A stretch of 20,000 bases of DNA from an uncultured virus (IMG/VR IMGVR_UViG_3300005294_000013) (taxonomy: Duplodnaviria > Heunggongvirae > Uroviricota > Caudoviricetes), in the IMG/VR virus record IMGVR_UViG_3300005294_000013; one strand, written 5' to 3'. This document shows positions 1-8,390 of the stretch, piece by piece. The translations under genes and the position numbers were made by a program. Under the pieces are notes generated by a model that ran no database searches, was not told the DNA's origin, and saw nothing but the letters and a program-made list of their open reading frames with translations. The stretch's first letter is position 1. Each line of letters starts with the position of its first letter.

Positions 1-3000
1 GCGCTCAACGCTGCGGGTATCGGTCGTCCACCAGAGGGACGGGTTGATTTGGCGCAGTCGCCACTATTACTGACTAACCCCGCTGAGCGTCCGCCGGCAC
101 CTTCTGCCGGGCCGGGCGGCACCCCCCTGTCGGGAGATCCGGCGCGGCTACGTCCCGACCCGCTGACCCAGGGGCCGCCAGCCCGCTATGCTGGTGGAGA
201 AGGTATCGGCGGCACAGCACTGCCGCCGGAGCCAGGGTTAGCAGCACCCCTTCGACCACAATTAGCGTTGCCGCCGCCCGAGCGTCAACTTCTGCTACCG
301 CCGCCTGAAGGAGTACGTGGACCCGGCGGTCCTGGCGACTTCACGATGGGACAGGCACCAGTGCAGCCTGCCCCGATGCGGTCGCCCGGTGGTGCGCCGC
401 TAGGACCAGAGCCGACGCCTGCATCTTTTGTGCGTCCGCAACCGGTCGGGCCAGGAGGCATACCGCTGCGGCCAGAGCCCGGTCTGGCGCAGGCTCTGCC
501 GACGCGTCCGCTGGCCGCCGCAGCGGGGCCGGGTGGCGCGCCTCTACCAGCAGAGCCTTACCGAGCGGCACCCATACAACGTGGTGCGCCGCCACCAGGC
601 GCCGGTCCCGGCGGTACGCCGCTGGGGCCGGAGCCGTACCCCTCGGCACCGGTACGTCCACCGTCTCCCATGGGCGCTGGGCCGGGGGGTACACCTCTAC
701 CCGGCGAGATTGCCCCCGCAGCGACGGCGCGAGCCGCAGCCGTGGGGCCAGGTGGAGCACCATTGCGGCCGGAGCCAACACCGGCACCAGCTCCACCCCG
801 TCCAGCGCCTATCCCGGCAGGACCGGGTGGCGCACCCCTGCCGGCGGAGCCGGTACGCCGGGTTCCCCGGCGCGTGCAGCTTCCAGGGGAGAGCCCTGGC
901 GGCACCCCGTTGCCGGAGCAGCAACAGCGCGCGGCTGCCCCCCGCCGGCTCGAGCAAGCGGTACGGGGTGAAGGATTTACCACCCAGCCAGGGCGCGTCG
1001 AGCGGCGCCCCAGCGAGGGATTAAGCCACGAGGAACTAGGCCAGCGCCTCGCAGACCTGGGGGTGTCGCAGAAGGTACGCGAGCGGCTGGTTAGCCGCAC
1101 GGCACGGGCGGCAGCGCTCGATCAGATAGAAGAGATGCGAGCCCGCGGGAGGGAAGAGCCAGCGCCGGCTCCTCGTGGGGCTGAAGCACGGGAGCCGGCA
1201 CCGGCCGCTCGCCCGAGCGAGGGCATGAGCCACAAGCAACTGGGCGAAGCACTCGAAAAACTTGGGCTTTCTAAGAAGGAAGTCAACCAGTTCGTTAATA
1301 AAGTGCAGCGCGCTGCCGCGTATGACCGGCTGGTGCGGCAGGAAGCGGAGGCGATCGAGCGGGTTTCTGGGACTAGAAAAGGCGAAGGAGAACAACCCAC
1401 CACCATCCGCACCGTTATGGAGGCGGGGCCTGACGAAACCAAGGGGCATCCCGCAGGTGAGCGCGAGGATGCTGCGTGGCGTAAGCTGAAGCCCGAGCGC
1501 ACGGTTAGCGGCAGCTACAAAGGCGCGCCGGAGTGGGTAACGAAGCCTCGGCACCTGAAGCAGCTTCGCAACTTGATGAAGCAACTGATTAAAGAAGGAG
1601 AGAAAGGCCGGTACTGGTACGAAGACAGTATGAAGAAAATCATGCAGGTAACTCGCGGGAATCTGCGTGAAGCGGAGCGGGTGACTGGGCTTATCGCGAT
1701 CTACTCGCCGCAGCGCCCAGTGCCTACCAATACAGGTTTCGCCGTTAAAGCTTACGGGCAGTGGCGCCGGGGCGAGCCCATCCGCGTTGGCAGCGAAGCG
1801 CAGGATCTTAAGGCGAAGCAGTGGCTTGATAGCGGCCAGGACTGGGGTGGGCGCAAGACCAATAATTTCTACCTCAACTTGATGCACGAGCTGATCACGG
1901 CCCACCCCGAGGTGCTAGAGCCTGGTAATAACCGGCTCAACCTGCCACCCGACGTTACCGCGGCGATCAAAGGTGCGACAGTCGATCTGTGGGTGCTACG
2001 CGCTCTAGGTCACCGAGTAGATTCTGCTGGCGGTGTTACCGCGACAGGCAGTGCTGCCACTAAGTATGGGTTCTCTGAGCTTGAGATTAAGCGCCTTGCC
2101 GGGGAACTTAACGCGAGTGTGCCAGTGGGCGAGCAGCGCTGGCTGCCGCACCAAGTCCAGGCCGCGCTGTGGAGTGCGATCAAGGCCAGGTTTGAACTGA
2201 AGTCCGTTAAGGCTGCTACCTGGGCGGAGAGCGAAGCCGCTGGCTTCGCCAAGCGGAACCCGGAAACTGGTAAGCTTGAGGCGCCGTCGAAGAATGGCCC
2301 TGAACGCCAGGGGCATATGGCAATTTGGCGCAAACACGCGCTGGCGGCCGATCCCGCGGATGTGGCACGCGTCATCGATATCGCTCGTGGCGATTTTGGT
2401 GCTGCCCTCGAGCGTATGGCGCAGCATATCACCGTCGAGGCAATCCCCTCGAAAGACCTAAACCATCCGGTGTTTAACGCAAGCCGTGAAGCTCGCGACC
2501 AGTTTACTCGTGAGGCGTTTGACCTCATAACCGATGAAGACGGTAACGATTTAGTCGCTCAGAAGCTCGGCGTTGATCTGGGGTATCGAACCCCTGGGTC
2601 CGGCAGCTATGAGGGTAGGGTCAATCCCAACGTCGTTACCACGCTGATACCTGAGAAACCGGCGGGCTTCTTCGATGCGGTAAAAGCGCGGCAGTACGCT
2701 CGTGCGGTTCAGTACATTTTCAGACAAGACGCGGTGCCGATATTCCGCGCAGACCAGGCGCATAAATTTGGGCCGGATTTCTATCTGGTCGATAAGGACG
2801 GTAACAGGGTTGTCGACGACAAAGGGCGTCCCCTTAACCGGTTCCGTACCCAGGAAGACGCGCAGGCGGCTGCCGACCAGCGCACCGCCGCGGGGGAACT
2901 GACGACTATCAGGGGCGACAAAATAGCGCACGGTGCGCGGTTGGTATTTAAAGACGCTTTTGACGAAGCAAGCGAGCAGCGACTACTTACCGCCCTTGGT

Positions 3001-6000
3001 AGGGAACTTGGCGATGATGCCGGCTTTACTAAGATAGGTGATAATGAAGCAGTAGTTGTCAACTTTCGTGGTGACGACGGGTTACCGTTTATCGCTAAAG
3101 ATCGTGACTTTCGTGCCGCAGTTGATCGGATCGTTGCAGATACCGATATAGGGGTGGATCATGTAACGCATTTTGCGTTGGAGGGTGAATATGGCCCAGT
3201 CCAAGACTGGAAGGGAGGATCTGCTCCCGCACGAGGCTTGGCCGCCGACGCCGGCGGATCACCCGATTTTCAACGGTACCTTCAGGATCGGCATGCGGCG
3301 TTCGGGAAGCTCCTCGACGACTGGAGCGACCCCGAGGCCCGCCTCGCCGCCTCCCAACCCCGAGACGGAGGAGGAGTCGGACCTAGCGGGCGGTCTACCC
3401 TAGAACTACCGCAAGCCCGCGCGCCGCCCGACCAGAGGGCGGCGCGGGAACGTGCCGCCGAGAGGCGCGCCGCTGGGGTTGAAGCAACCCCTGAAGATCT
3501 ACCACCGCCGCGCGAGGATCGCCCCCTAGACGCCTCGCGCGCTCAGCGCGACCAGCCCACCGCCGAGAGCCCGCTGTCGCGGGTAATGAAAGACCCCAGG
3601 GTTAACGACCCGGTGCGCGCTGCCATCGATGCAGGCGGCAGTCTGCACGATGGGCTGCGGGCGATCGCCAACGACCCCTATACCAACCGGCGCCTGCCGC
3701 ACGTCGCGGCCTATGCGCGCACTATGCTCCGCCTCGCACCGGATTTGGAGCTACGCCCGTCGGAGACAGTGCGGCGCGGCGCCTTTGTGTCGGACTTAGA
3801 TCTCACGACAGGGCGGCGCGCCGAGCACATCCAGGTCCGCGAGAAGTCGGCGGAGGTGCTGCTACACGAGGCGACGCATTCAGTTGCCGGACACTACATC
3901 GACAGTCTGCAACCCGGCTCGCGTGAGTTTCAGGTGCTCACCACGATCCGCGACGAGTTTAGGCGCGGCGCCGAGGCGCATGGCCGGCTGGGCGACGAGC
4001 AGGTTGCCTACGCGCTGAGTAACCCGCACGAGCTGCACTCGATGCTCCGCACCAACCCGGAGATGCACGATTTGATGCGGGGCATCGTGCCCACCGCTGA
4101 GTACCGCGCCCGCATGGCGCAGCTAGGCTACCCCGTCGGCCCGGCTAAGTCCCTCTGGCAGTCCTTCGTCCGCTTCATCCGGCAAGCCCTGAAATTGCCG
4201 CAGAACGTGACCAGCTTGATGGATCACGTCATGCGCCCACTCGACGACATAGCCGAGGCCGGCGCCCGGTATAACCGTGACCTACCAGCTCCGACACGCG
4301 ACAGCGTGGTCTACCGGCGGGGCTGGGAGCAGGAACCCCTCGTCGCCAGGACCGAGCGCGAGTTGCCGACCTTCAGCCAGGTTCGTGACTCCGTCAACGA
4401 GTGGCGTGAGGGGCGCGCCGGGAACGTCTCCTCCGGTTTCCGCCGAGGTGTGCGCCAGGGCATGCCGACGGAGCAGCTCACCGGGTTTAACCGGCATTTG
4501 TTCCAGCCGTCGACCGGTGGGGAGAACCACCTCGATGTGCTGAACCGGGCGATGGAGGGGGTAGAGCGGGTATCGCGGGAGTATGGCGAGCAGCATCAGG
4601 CTGCGGTCACCGCGGCGATAAAGAACCTCAACCCCGAGTCCAACCACGTTATGACCGAGGCGTCCCGCCTCGACATGAACCCGGCCCACCCGCCTAATCA
4701 CCCACTGAATAGCCACAGCCGGGCCACGGCGGACGAGTTCAAGAAGGTAGTGGACGACTACAACAAGCTGTCCGCAGCGCAGAAGCAGGTAGTCACTGAC
4801 ACCTTCGACTTGACCCGCCAGCAGCGCGTCGACCGCGGCGACGCCGCCATGCGCGGCCTCGGCAAAGCGTATCTCGAGGGGGTGAGCGACGCCCAGGTCG
4901 AGACGATGGTCCGGCAAATGCGGACGATGGCGGGCGTCGACGAGATCCTCGCCAACGATACCAACCCCGTCGCACGCGCATTTGGCGACCAGTGGAACAG
5001 CAATCGCGATTTTGTTAAGGCTATAGCGACGGAGTGGAAGCGCGGCTGGATCAACAATTACGTCCCGCTGCACCGCAACGGCGACTGGGTGGTGACTTAC
5101 ACCGACCCCGACACCGGTCAGCCAGGCATGCTGTCCCGCTACACGAGGCACGAGGCGGAGGTGGCGCGACAAAAGCTAATTGACGAGGGAGCCGAGCCGT
5201 CGCTGGTGCTGTCGCGCGAGCGTAGGACGCCGAGCGATATCCCCCGGCTGTCGATCGTCGACGAGTTTGCCGCCAAGCTGGAGCGCAAGTTCGGCCCCGA
5301 GGGGCGCGCCCAAGCCGACGCGGCGCGCGAACTCTTGACCAAGGTCATGTTGGACCAGTCACGCTTCGCCGGCACCATGCGGAAGCGCCTAGGGGTGCAC
5401 GGCGCCGACCCGAGCAAGCTGGGCGAGGCGATGAGCCAGAATTTCCTCGCACTGAAAAACGCGATGGGGCACCTGGAATACGGCCCGCAATACGACGCTG
5501 GGCTCGCCGCCATGCGCCGTCACGTCGGCGAGATGGGGCGCGGCGCCAACACGGTGAAAGTCCGCGGCGAGAACCCCACCAGCGCCGACGTGATCCAGGC
5601 GCAGCAAGTTCTCGAAGAGTTTCAGCGTCGCAAGCCAGTCAGTGAAGACCCCAACAACATCCTGCTGAAGTCGGTCAACAACGCGACGATGTTCACCTAC
5701 TTTAAGTTCCTCGCCTCGCCGGCCCAGACCGTGATGAATGGCATCGAGACGTATATGCAGGGTATCCCCCGCATCGGTGCTCAGTTCGGTCTGGGTCGGG
5801 CTACGACGGCGATGGCTCGCGCGTCCGCGGAGATCATGCCCCGGCAGTTTGCCCGCGGCCTGGCCGGCACTAAGGACGTGGCGCTGCGGCGCCTCGATCC
5901 CGGCGAGTGGAACAGCGGCGATCAGATCAGGGATCACCTGATCCAGAACAGTCGACGCAACGATGCGGCCGGGATCACCGCGTTGTTTAAGCGGCTACAG

Positions 6001-7296
6001 GACGGCAACCTGATTGGCTATAGCAGCTATCGTGACCTCCAGAACATGGCGAAGGGCACCAGCGGTCGGCTGCGCGGCGCGGTCGACATGGCGACGGATT
6101 TTGTCTCGATTCTCCATAATAAGATGGAGGACGCGAATAGGGCGGTGACCGCACTAGCCGCCTACGATGTGCATCTGCAAAAGCACGGCGATCGCGCGGC
6201 GGCGATCGACTACGCGGATCGAATCCTGCGTAAGGCGCAGCCTAACTTCAACCTGTCGAACAAGCCACGCTTCGCCACGCCGCAGGGTAGTTTCGGTGCC
6301 TGGGGTATCCCCGTCGCACAGTTTCGCCAGCACGGCATGTGGGCATACAGCCAAATGGCCCTCGATATCCGCAACGCCTTCAAGGGCGCCGACGCCGCAA
6401 CAAAGACCGAGGCCCGCTACGCCCTGGCGTTCACCATCGGCATGCAGACGGTGCTGCTCGGGGCGCTTAACTGGCTGGCCGACCCGCTGCGGTACCTCTG
6501 GGGCGCCTATGATTTCCTCTCTGGCGGTAAGCCGCAGAACCACGAACACGATTTCCGCATGGCTGCCGCTAAAATATTTGGTACGACCGGCGGCGAGTTG
6601 TTCTCCCGTGGATTATCGCGAGGGCTGGGCTACGGTCCAGACATTTCCCACCGCGTCGGTATGATCAACCCACTCCTGATACCGGAGTTCAAGGGCGACT
6701 TTAGAAACCCCCAAGATGTGACCTACGCCGCGGTGACCGCGCTTGCCGGGGCGCCGGCGATCGGTGCGGGCTCGGAGGTTCTGACTGGCCTCGCTAATTT
6801 CGGCGCCGGTAACATCACGCAAGCCGTAACCGATCTTGTGCCAAAAGTTATTCGTGATCCGCTCAAAGCTTACCGCGGCGAAACCGAGGGGCAGGTAAGC
6901 CGGCGCGGCAACATCCAGCAGACGCCGGAACAAATATCAACCCTCGACACCGTGTACCAAGTGTTTGGCTTCAAGTCTGCGCGTCAGGGCGAGCGCAGCG
7001 AACAGACGGGTTCTCAGCGGCAGCTCTTGGATCAAATCAGAACCAGTCGCGAGGCAGCAACAAAAGAAGCGGCGCACGCTCTAATCAATGGTTCTGCGAG
7101 CGAGCGACGCGCTGCAAACGAGATGGTTGTTGCTCATAACAGGCGCTACCCCGGCTCGCAGATCGATCCGAAAGATGTCTTCGCTTACCGCAAGCGCGAG
7201 ATCGAGAGGTTGCGCGACCCCACACTGACATCAATAACTGTTCCCAAGGGGTTGCAGCCGGCGGTGAGACAGGCTGGAGCATTTGCTAACTACTAA
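1..7296 (+). CDS. Giant polyvalent protein, probable internal virion/ejection protein (5'-truncated by the window)
   Basis: Frame is open from base 1 (ALNAAGIGRPPEGRVD precedes the TTG at 49). Motifs: WY..YSPQ..KTNNF..TVDLW..QVQAALW (~1606-2184), HEATH (3865-3879), YVPLHRNGDW (5059-5088, PLxRFG-like), and a helical C-terminus (EDANR..A.AAY..QF) typical of such proteins. Confidence 0.85.
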   Translation, partial: ALNAAGIGRPPEGRVDLAQSPLLLTNPAERPPAPSAGPGGTPLSGDPARLRPDPLTQGPPARYAGGEGIGGTALPPEPGLAAPLRPQLALPPPERQLLLPPPEGVRGPGGPGDFTMGQAPVQPAPMRSPGGAPLGPEPTPASFVRPQPVGPGGIPLRPEPGLAQALPTRPLAAAAGPGGAPLPAEPYRAAPIQRGAPPPGAGPGGTPLGPEPYPSAPVRPPSPMGAGPGGTPLPGEIAPAATARAAAVGPGGAPLRPEPTPAPAPPRPAPIPAGPGGAPLPAEPVRRVPRRVQLPGESPGGTPLPEQQQRAAAPRRLEQAVRGEGFTTQPGRVERRPSEGLSHEELGQRLADLGVSQKVRERLVSRTARAAALDQIEEMRARGREEPAPAPRGAEAREPAPAARPSEGMSHKQLGEALEKLGLSKKEVNQFVNKVQRAAAYDRLVRQEAEAIERVSGTRKGEGEQPTTIRTVMEAGPDETKGHPAGEREDAAWRKLKPERTVSGSYKGAPEWVTKPRHLKQLRNLMKQLIKEGEKGRYWYEDSMKKIMQVTRGNLREAERVTGLIAIYSPQRPVPTNTGFAVKAYGQWRRGEPIRVGSEAQDLKAKQWLDSGQDWGGRKTNNFYLNLMHELITAHPEVLEPGNNRLNLPPDVTAAIKGATVDLWVLRALGHRVDSAGGVTATGSAATKYGFSELEIKRLAGELNASVPVGEQRWLPHQVQAALWSAIKARFELKSVKAATWAESEAAGFAKRNPETGKLEAPSKNGPERQGHMAIWRKHALAADPADVARVIDIARGDFGAALERMAQHITVEAIPSKDLNHPVFNASREARDQFTREAFDLITDEDGNDLVAQKLGVDLGYRTPGSGSYEGRVNPNVVTTLIPEKPAGFFDAVKARQYARAVQYIFRQDAVPIFRADQAHKFGPDFYLVDKDGNRVVDDKGRPLNRFRTQEDAQAAADQRTAAGELTTIRGDKIAHGARLVFKDAFDEASEQRLLTALGRELGDDAGFTKIGDNEAVVVNFRGDDGLPFIAKDRDFRAAVDRIVADTDIGVDHVTHFALEGEYGPVQDWKGGSAPARGLAADAGGSPDFQRYLQDRHAAFGKLLDDWSDPEARLAASQPRDGGGVGPSGRSTLELPQARAPPDQRAARERAAERRAAGVEATPEDLPPPREDRPLDASRAQRDQPTAESPLSRVMKDPRVNDPVRAAIDAGGSLHDGLRAIANDPYTNRRLPHVAAYARTMLRLAPDLELRPSETVRRGAFVSDLDLTTGRRAEHIQVREKSAEVLLHEATHSVAGHYIDSLQPGSREFQVLTTIRDEFRRGAEAHGRLGDEQVAYALSNPHELHSMLRTNPEMHDLMRGIVPTAEYRARMAQLGYPVGPAKSLWQSFVRFIRQALKLPQNVTSLMDHVMRPLDDIAEAGARYNRDLPAPTRDSVVYRRGWEQEPLVARTERELPTFSQVRDSVNEWREGRAGNVSSGFRRGVRQGMPTEQLTGFNRHLFQPSTGGENHLDVLNRAMEGVERVSREYGEQHQAAVTAAIKNLNPESNHVMTEASRLDMNPAHPPNHPLNSHSRATADEFKKVVDDYNKLSAAQKQVVTDTFDLTRQQRVDRGDAAMRGLGKAYLEGVSDAQVETMVRQMRTMAGVDEILANDTNPVARAFGDQWNSNRDFVKAIATEWKRGWINNYVPLHRNGDWVVTYTDPDTGQPGMLSRYTRHEAEVARQKLIDEGAEPSLVLSRERRTPSDIPRLSIVDEFAAKLERKFGPEGRAQADAARELLTKVMLDQSRFAGTMRKRLGVHGADPSKLGEAMSQNFLALKNAMGHLEYGPQYDAGLAAMRRHVGEMGRGANTVKVRGENPTSADVIQAQQVLEEFQRRKPVSEDPNNILLKSVNNATMFTYFKFLASPAQTVMNGIETYMQGIPRIGAQFGLGRATTAMARASAEIMPRQFARGLAGTKDVALRRLDPGEWNSGDQIRDHLIQNSRRNDAAGITALFKRLQDGNLIGYSSYRDLQNMAKGTSGRLRGAVDMATDFVSILHNKMEDANRAVTALAAYDVHLQKHGDRAAAIDYADRILRKAQPNFNLSNKPRFATPQGSFGAWGIPVAQFRQHGMWAYSQMALDIRNAFKGADAATKTEARYALAFTIGMQTVLLGALNWLADPLRYLWGAYDFLSGGKPQNHEHDFRMAAAKIFGTTGGELFSRGLSRGLGYGPDISHRVGMINPLLIPEFKGDFRNPQDVTYAAVTALAGAPAIGAGSEVLTGLANFGAGNITQAVTDLVPKVIRDPLKAYRGETEGQVSRRGNIQQTPEQISTLDTVYQVFGFKSARQGERSEQTGSQRQLLDQIRTSREAATKEAAHALINGSASERRAANEMVVAHNRRYPGSQIDPKDVFAYRKREIERLRDPTLTSITVPKGLQPAVRQAGAFANY
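100..920 (+). repeat. About 11 degenerate coding repeats, consensus (A/V)GPGG(T/A)PLxxEP
   Basis: Read from the translation: AGPGGTPLSGDP, SPGGAPLGPEP, VGPGGIPLRPEP, AGPGGAPLPAEP (twice), AGPGGTPLGPEP, AGPGGTPLPGE, VGPGGAPLRPEP, SPGGTPLPE, plus weaker copies. Confidence 0.9.
1009..1345 (+). repeat. Two copies of a ~40-aa helical module
   Basis: PSEGLSHEELGQRLADLGVSQKVRERLVSRTARAAALDQI (from 1009) and PSEGMSHKQLGEALEKLGLSKKEVNQFVNKVQRAAAYDRL (from 1213). Confidence 0.85.
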
Positions 7297-7310
7297 CTGT
7301 GGAGAACGAT

Positions 7311-7526
7311 ATGAACCCAGCCGGGCTGGCGCAAGCAGTAGTAGAGGCAGCAAACCCTCTCCCCCAAAATCGGTTTAACGCCGCTCGTGGATATATAGAA
7401 CGACAACCGTGTATGAACCCACTAGGGCCGTTAGTGTGGACTACCGTCGAGGCGCGAGTGTTTGCAAAAGCGGGGAGCCGTTGGCGGGATATGACCAACG
7501 GGGTGTTTTGGATGGTAGGTGAGTGA
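7311..7526 (+). CDS. Hypothetical protein (71 aa)
   Basis: GGAG 6 nt before ATG 7311; stop overlaps the next start (GTGATG). Confidence 0.6.
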   Translation: MNPAGLAQAVVEAANPLPQNRFNAARGYIERQPCMNPLGPLVWTTVEARVFAKAGSRWRDMTNGVFWMVGE

Positions 7527-7747
7527 TGGGTTCTTTAATCATCGGATTGTTGTGGGTACTTCTGGCGGTAGTTCTTATCGCTGGAGTGTTCCTCGCCGTG
7601 CTCTGGGTATTGCGCTATATCGGTCTGCCGGTGCCGCCCCAGGTAGACAAATTCGGGTTATTGATCATCGCCCTGCTGGCGTTGATCTGGATAGTCACGC
7701 TGGTCCTCGGCGGTGCTGCGCCGTTCCACGGGTTATCTCTGAAATGA
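7523..7747 (+). CDS. Small two-TM membrane protein (possible holin)
   Basis: Two long hydrophobic segments separated by RYIGLPVPPQVDK; coupled to both neighbours. Confidence 0.7.
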   Translation: MMGSLIIGLLWVLLAVVLIAGVFLAVLWVLRYIGLPVPPQVDKFGLLIIALLALIWIVTLVLGGAAPFHGLSLK

Positions 7748-7926
7748 TCACCCGCGGTCGTTGGTCCCCCCTCTATGGACCATCGCGCATCCCCTCGACC
7801 GTGCCGCCGGAGGAACCGCCGGCTGGCACCGAGGAAGAGCAATACAGCGCCGACATGCAGCGGCGCATGCTGGAGTTTGAGCTGGACCCCGCCAACTTTT
7901 TCAAGATGCCGCGGGGCAGCGGCTAA
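7744..7926 (+). CDS. Hypothetical protein (60 aa, MITRGRWSP...)
   Basis: ATGA overlap with the previous stop at 7744-7747; 3' part of the listed 7519..7926 ORF. Confidence 0.55.
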   Translation: MITRGRWSPLYGPSRIPSTVPPEEPPAGTEEEQYSADMQRRMLEFELDPANFFKMPRGSG

Positions 7927-7931
7927 AGAAA

Positions 7932-8180
7932 ATGGATATACTGGCTGCCGCGTTGTCTCTGATCCTGTTGCACCGGGCGGACGGTGGTGAGGTCGCGGTT
8001 ATCCCAGCCCACATCGCCAGCATACACGCAAAGGCGCCGCCGACAGACGCAAAAAATAAATTGCTCTCTCCGGCAGCGCGCTGCGTCCTCTGGATGGACG
8101 ACGGCAAACTACTCGCGGTGTTGGAAACCTGCGACGCGATTAAGAAATTATTGGATGAGGCGACGGGCGAGCTAAAATGA
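7932..8180 (+). CDS. Small hypothetical protein, beta-rich, faint FlbD-like pattern
   Basis: ATG 5 nt after the previous stop; LILLHRADGGEVAVIPAHIASI...VLETCDAIKKLL pattern. Confidence 0.65.
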   Translation: MDILAAALSLILLHRADGGEVAVIPAHIASIHAKAPPTDAKNKLLSPAARCVLWMDDGKLLAVLETCDAIKKLLDEATGELK

Positions 8181-8294
8181 CGACGCCAGCCTGGGGAGTC
8201 CCAATGACTCAGGCTGGCGTCGGGACGCCGGGGCCGACTGGCAACCCCGGCATCTAGGAGGGAACGATGGATCAGACCCGTCGTAAACTCCTGC
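8174..8294 (-). ncRNA. Putative antisense (antitoxin) sRNA, ~120 nt
   Basis: Lies between a near-consensus minus-strand promoter (8328-8300) and a hairpin plus U-rich tail (8222-8174); complementary to the RBS and start of the 26-aa ORF. Ends are inferred. Confidence 0.6.
8181..8222 (-). terminator. Strong hairpin, probable terminator of the antisense RNA
   Basis: cgacgccagcct (8181-8192) pairs with aggctggcgtcg (8211-8222), with an inner gagtc/gactc stem; followed on the minus strand by TCATTTT. Confidence 0.65.
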
Positions 8295-8347
8295 TACTGA
8301 CTATACGGTTTGGACCCTTTCGGGTCAAGATCGTCATAGCTCTGTAG
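8267..8347 (+). CDS. 26-aa cationic hydrophobic peptide MDQTRRKLLLLTIRFGPFRVKIVIAL, putative type I toxin
   Basis: Strong SD (AGGAGG, 8256-8261) before ATG 8267; double TAG stop; followed by a GC hairpin. Too short for the ORF track. Confidence 0.7.
   Translation: MDQTRRKLLLLTIRFGPFRVKIVIAL
8300..8328 (-). promoter_or_regulatory. Sigma70-type promoter TTGACC-N17-TATAGT inside the peptide ORF
   Basis: Minus strand reads cTTGACC cgaaagggtccaaaccg TATAGT; 5/6 match in each box, 17-bp spacer. Confidence 0.75.
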
Positions 8348-8349
8348 TA

Positions 8350-8387
8350 GGAGGGGGAGCCGGCGTGAGCCGGCTCCCTATCCCTCC
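8350..8387. terminator. GC-rich hairpin between convergent genes
   Basis: gggagccggc-GTGA-gccggctccc (8355-8378), extendable by ggagg/cctcc; no clear U-tract. Confidence 0.6.
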
Positions 8388-8390
8388 GCT

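Noticed and set aside
100..920. Collagen-like repeat or diversity-generating retroelement
   Set aside because: No continuous Gly-X-Y periodicity; no reverse transcriptase or adenine-specific repeat pair.
341..7282. Many antisense and alternate-frame ORFs (e.g. 1036..1905, 4282..5172) within the giant gene
   Set aside because: Expected shadow ORFs of high-GC coding DNA; no recognisable motifs.
7519..7743. 5' part of the 135-aa ORF 7519..7926
   Set aside because: Overlaps the more convincing membrane-protein gene; the coupled ATG at 7744 is the better start.
8151..8178. TTGGAT-N16-TAAAAT as the promoter of the peptide mRNA
   Set aside because: Plausible but lies in coding sequence, has a short spacer and would start inside the first hairpin; too weak to list as a feature.
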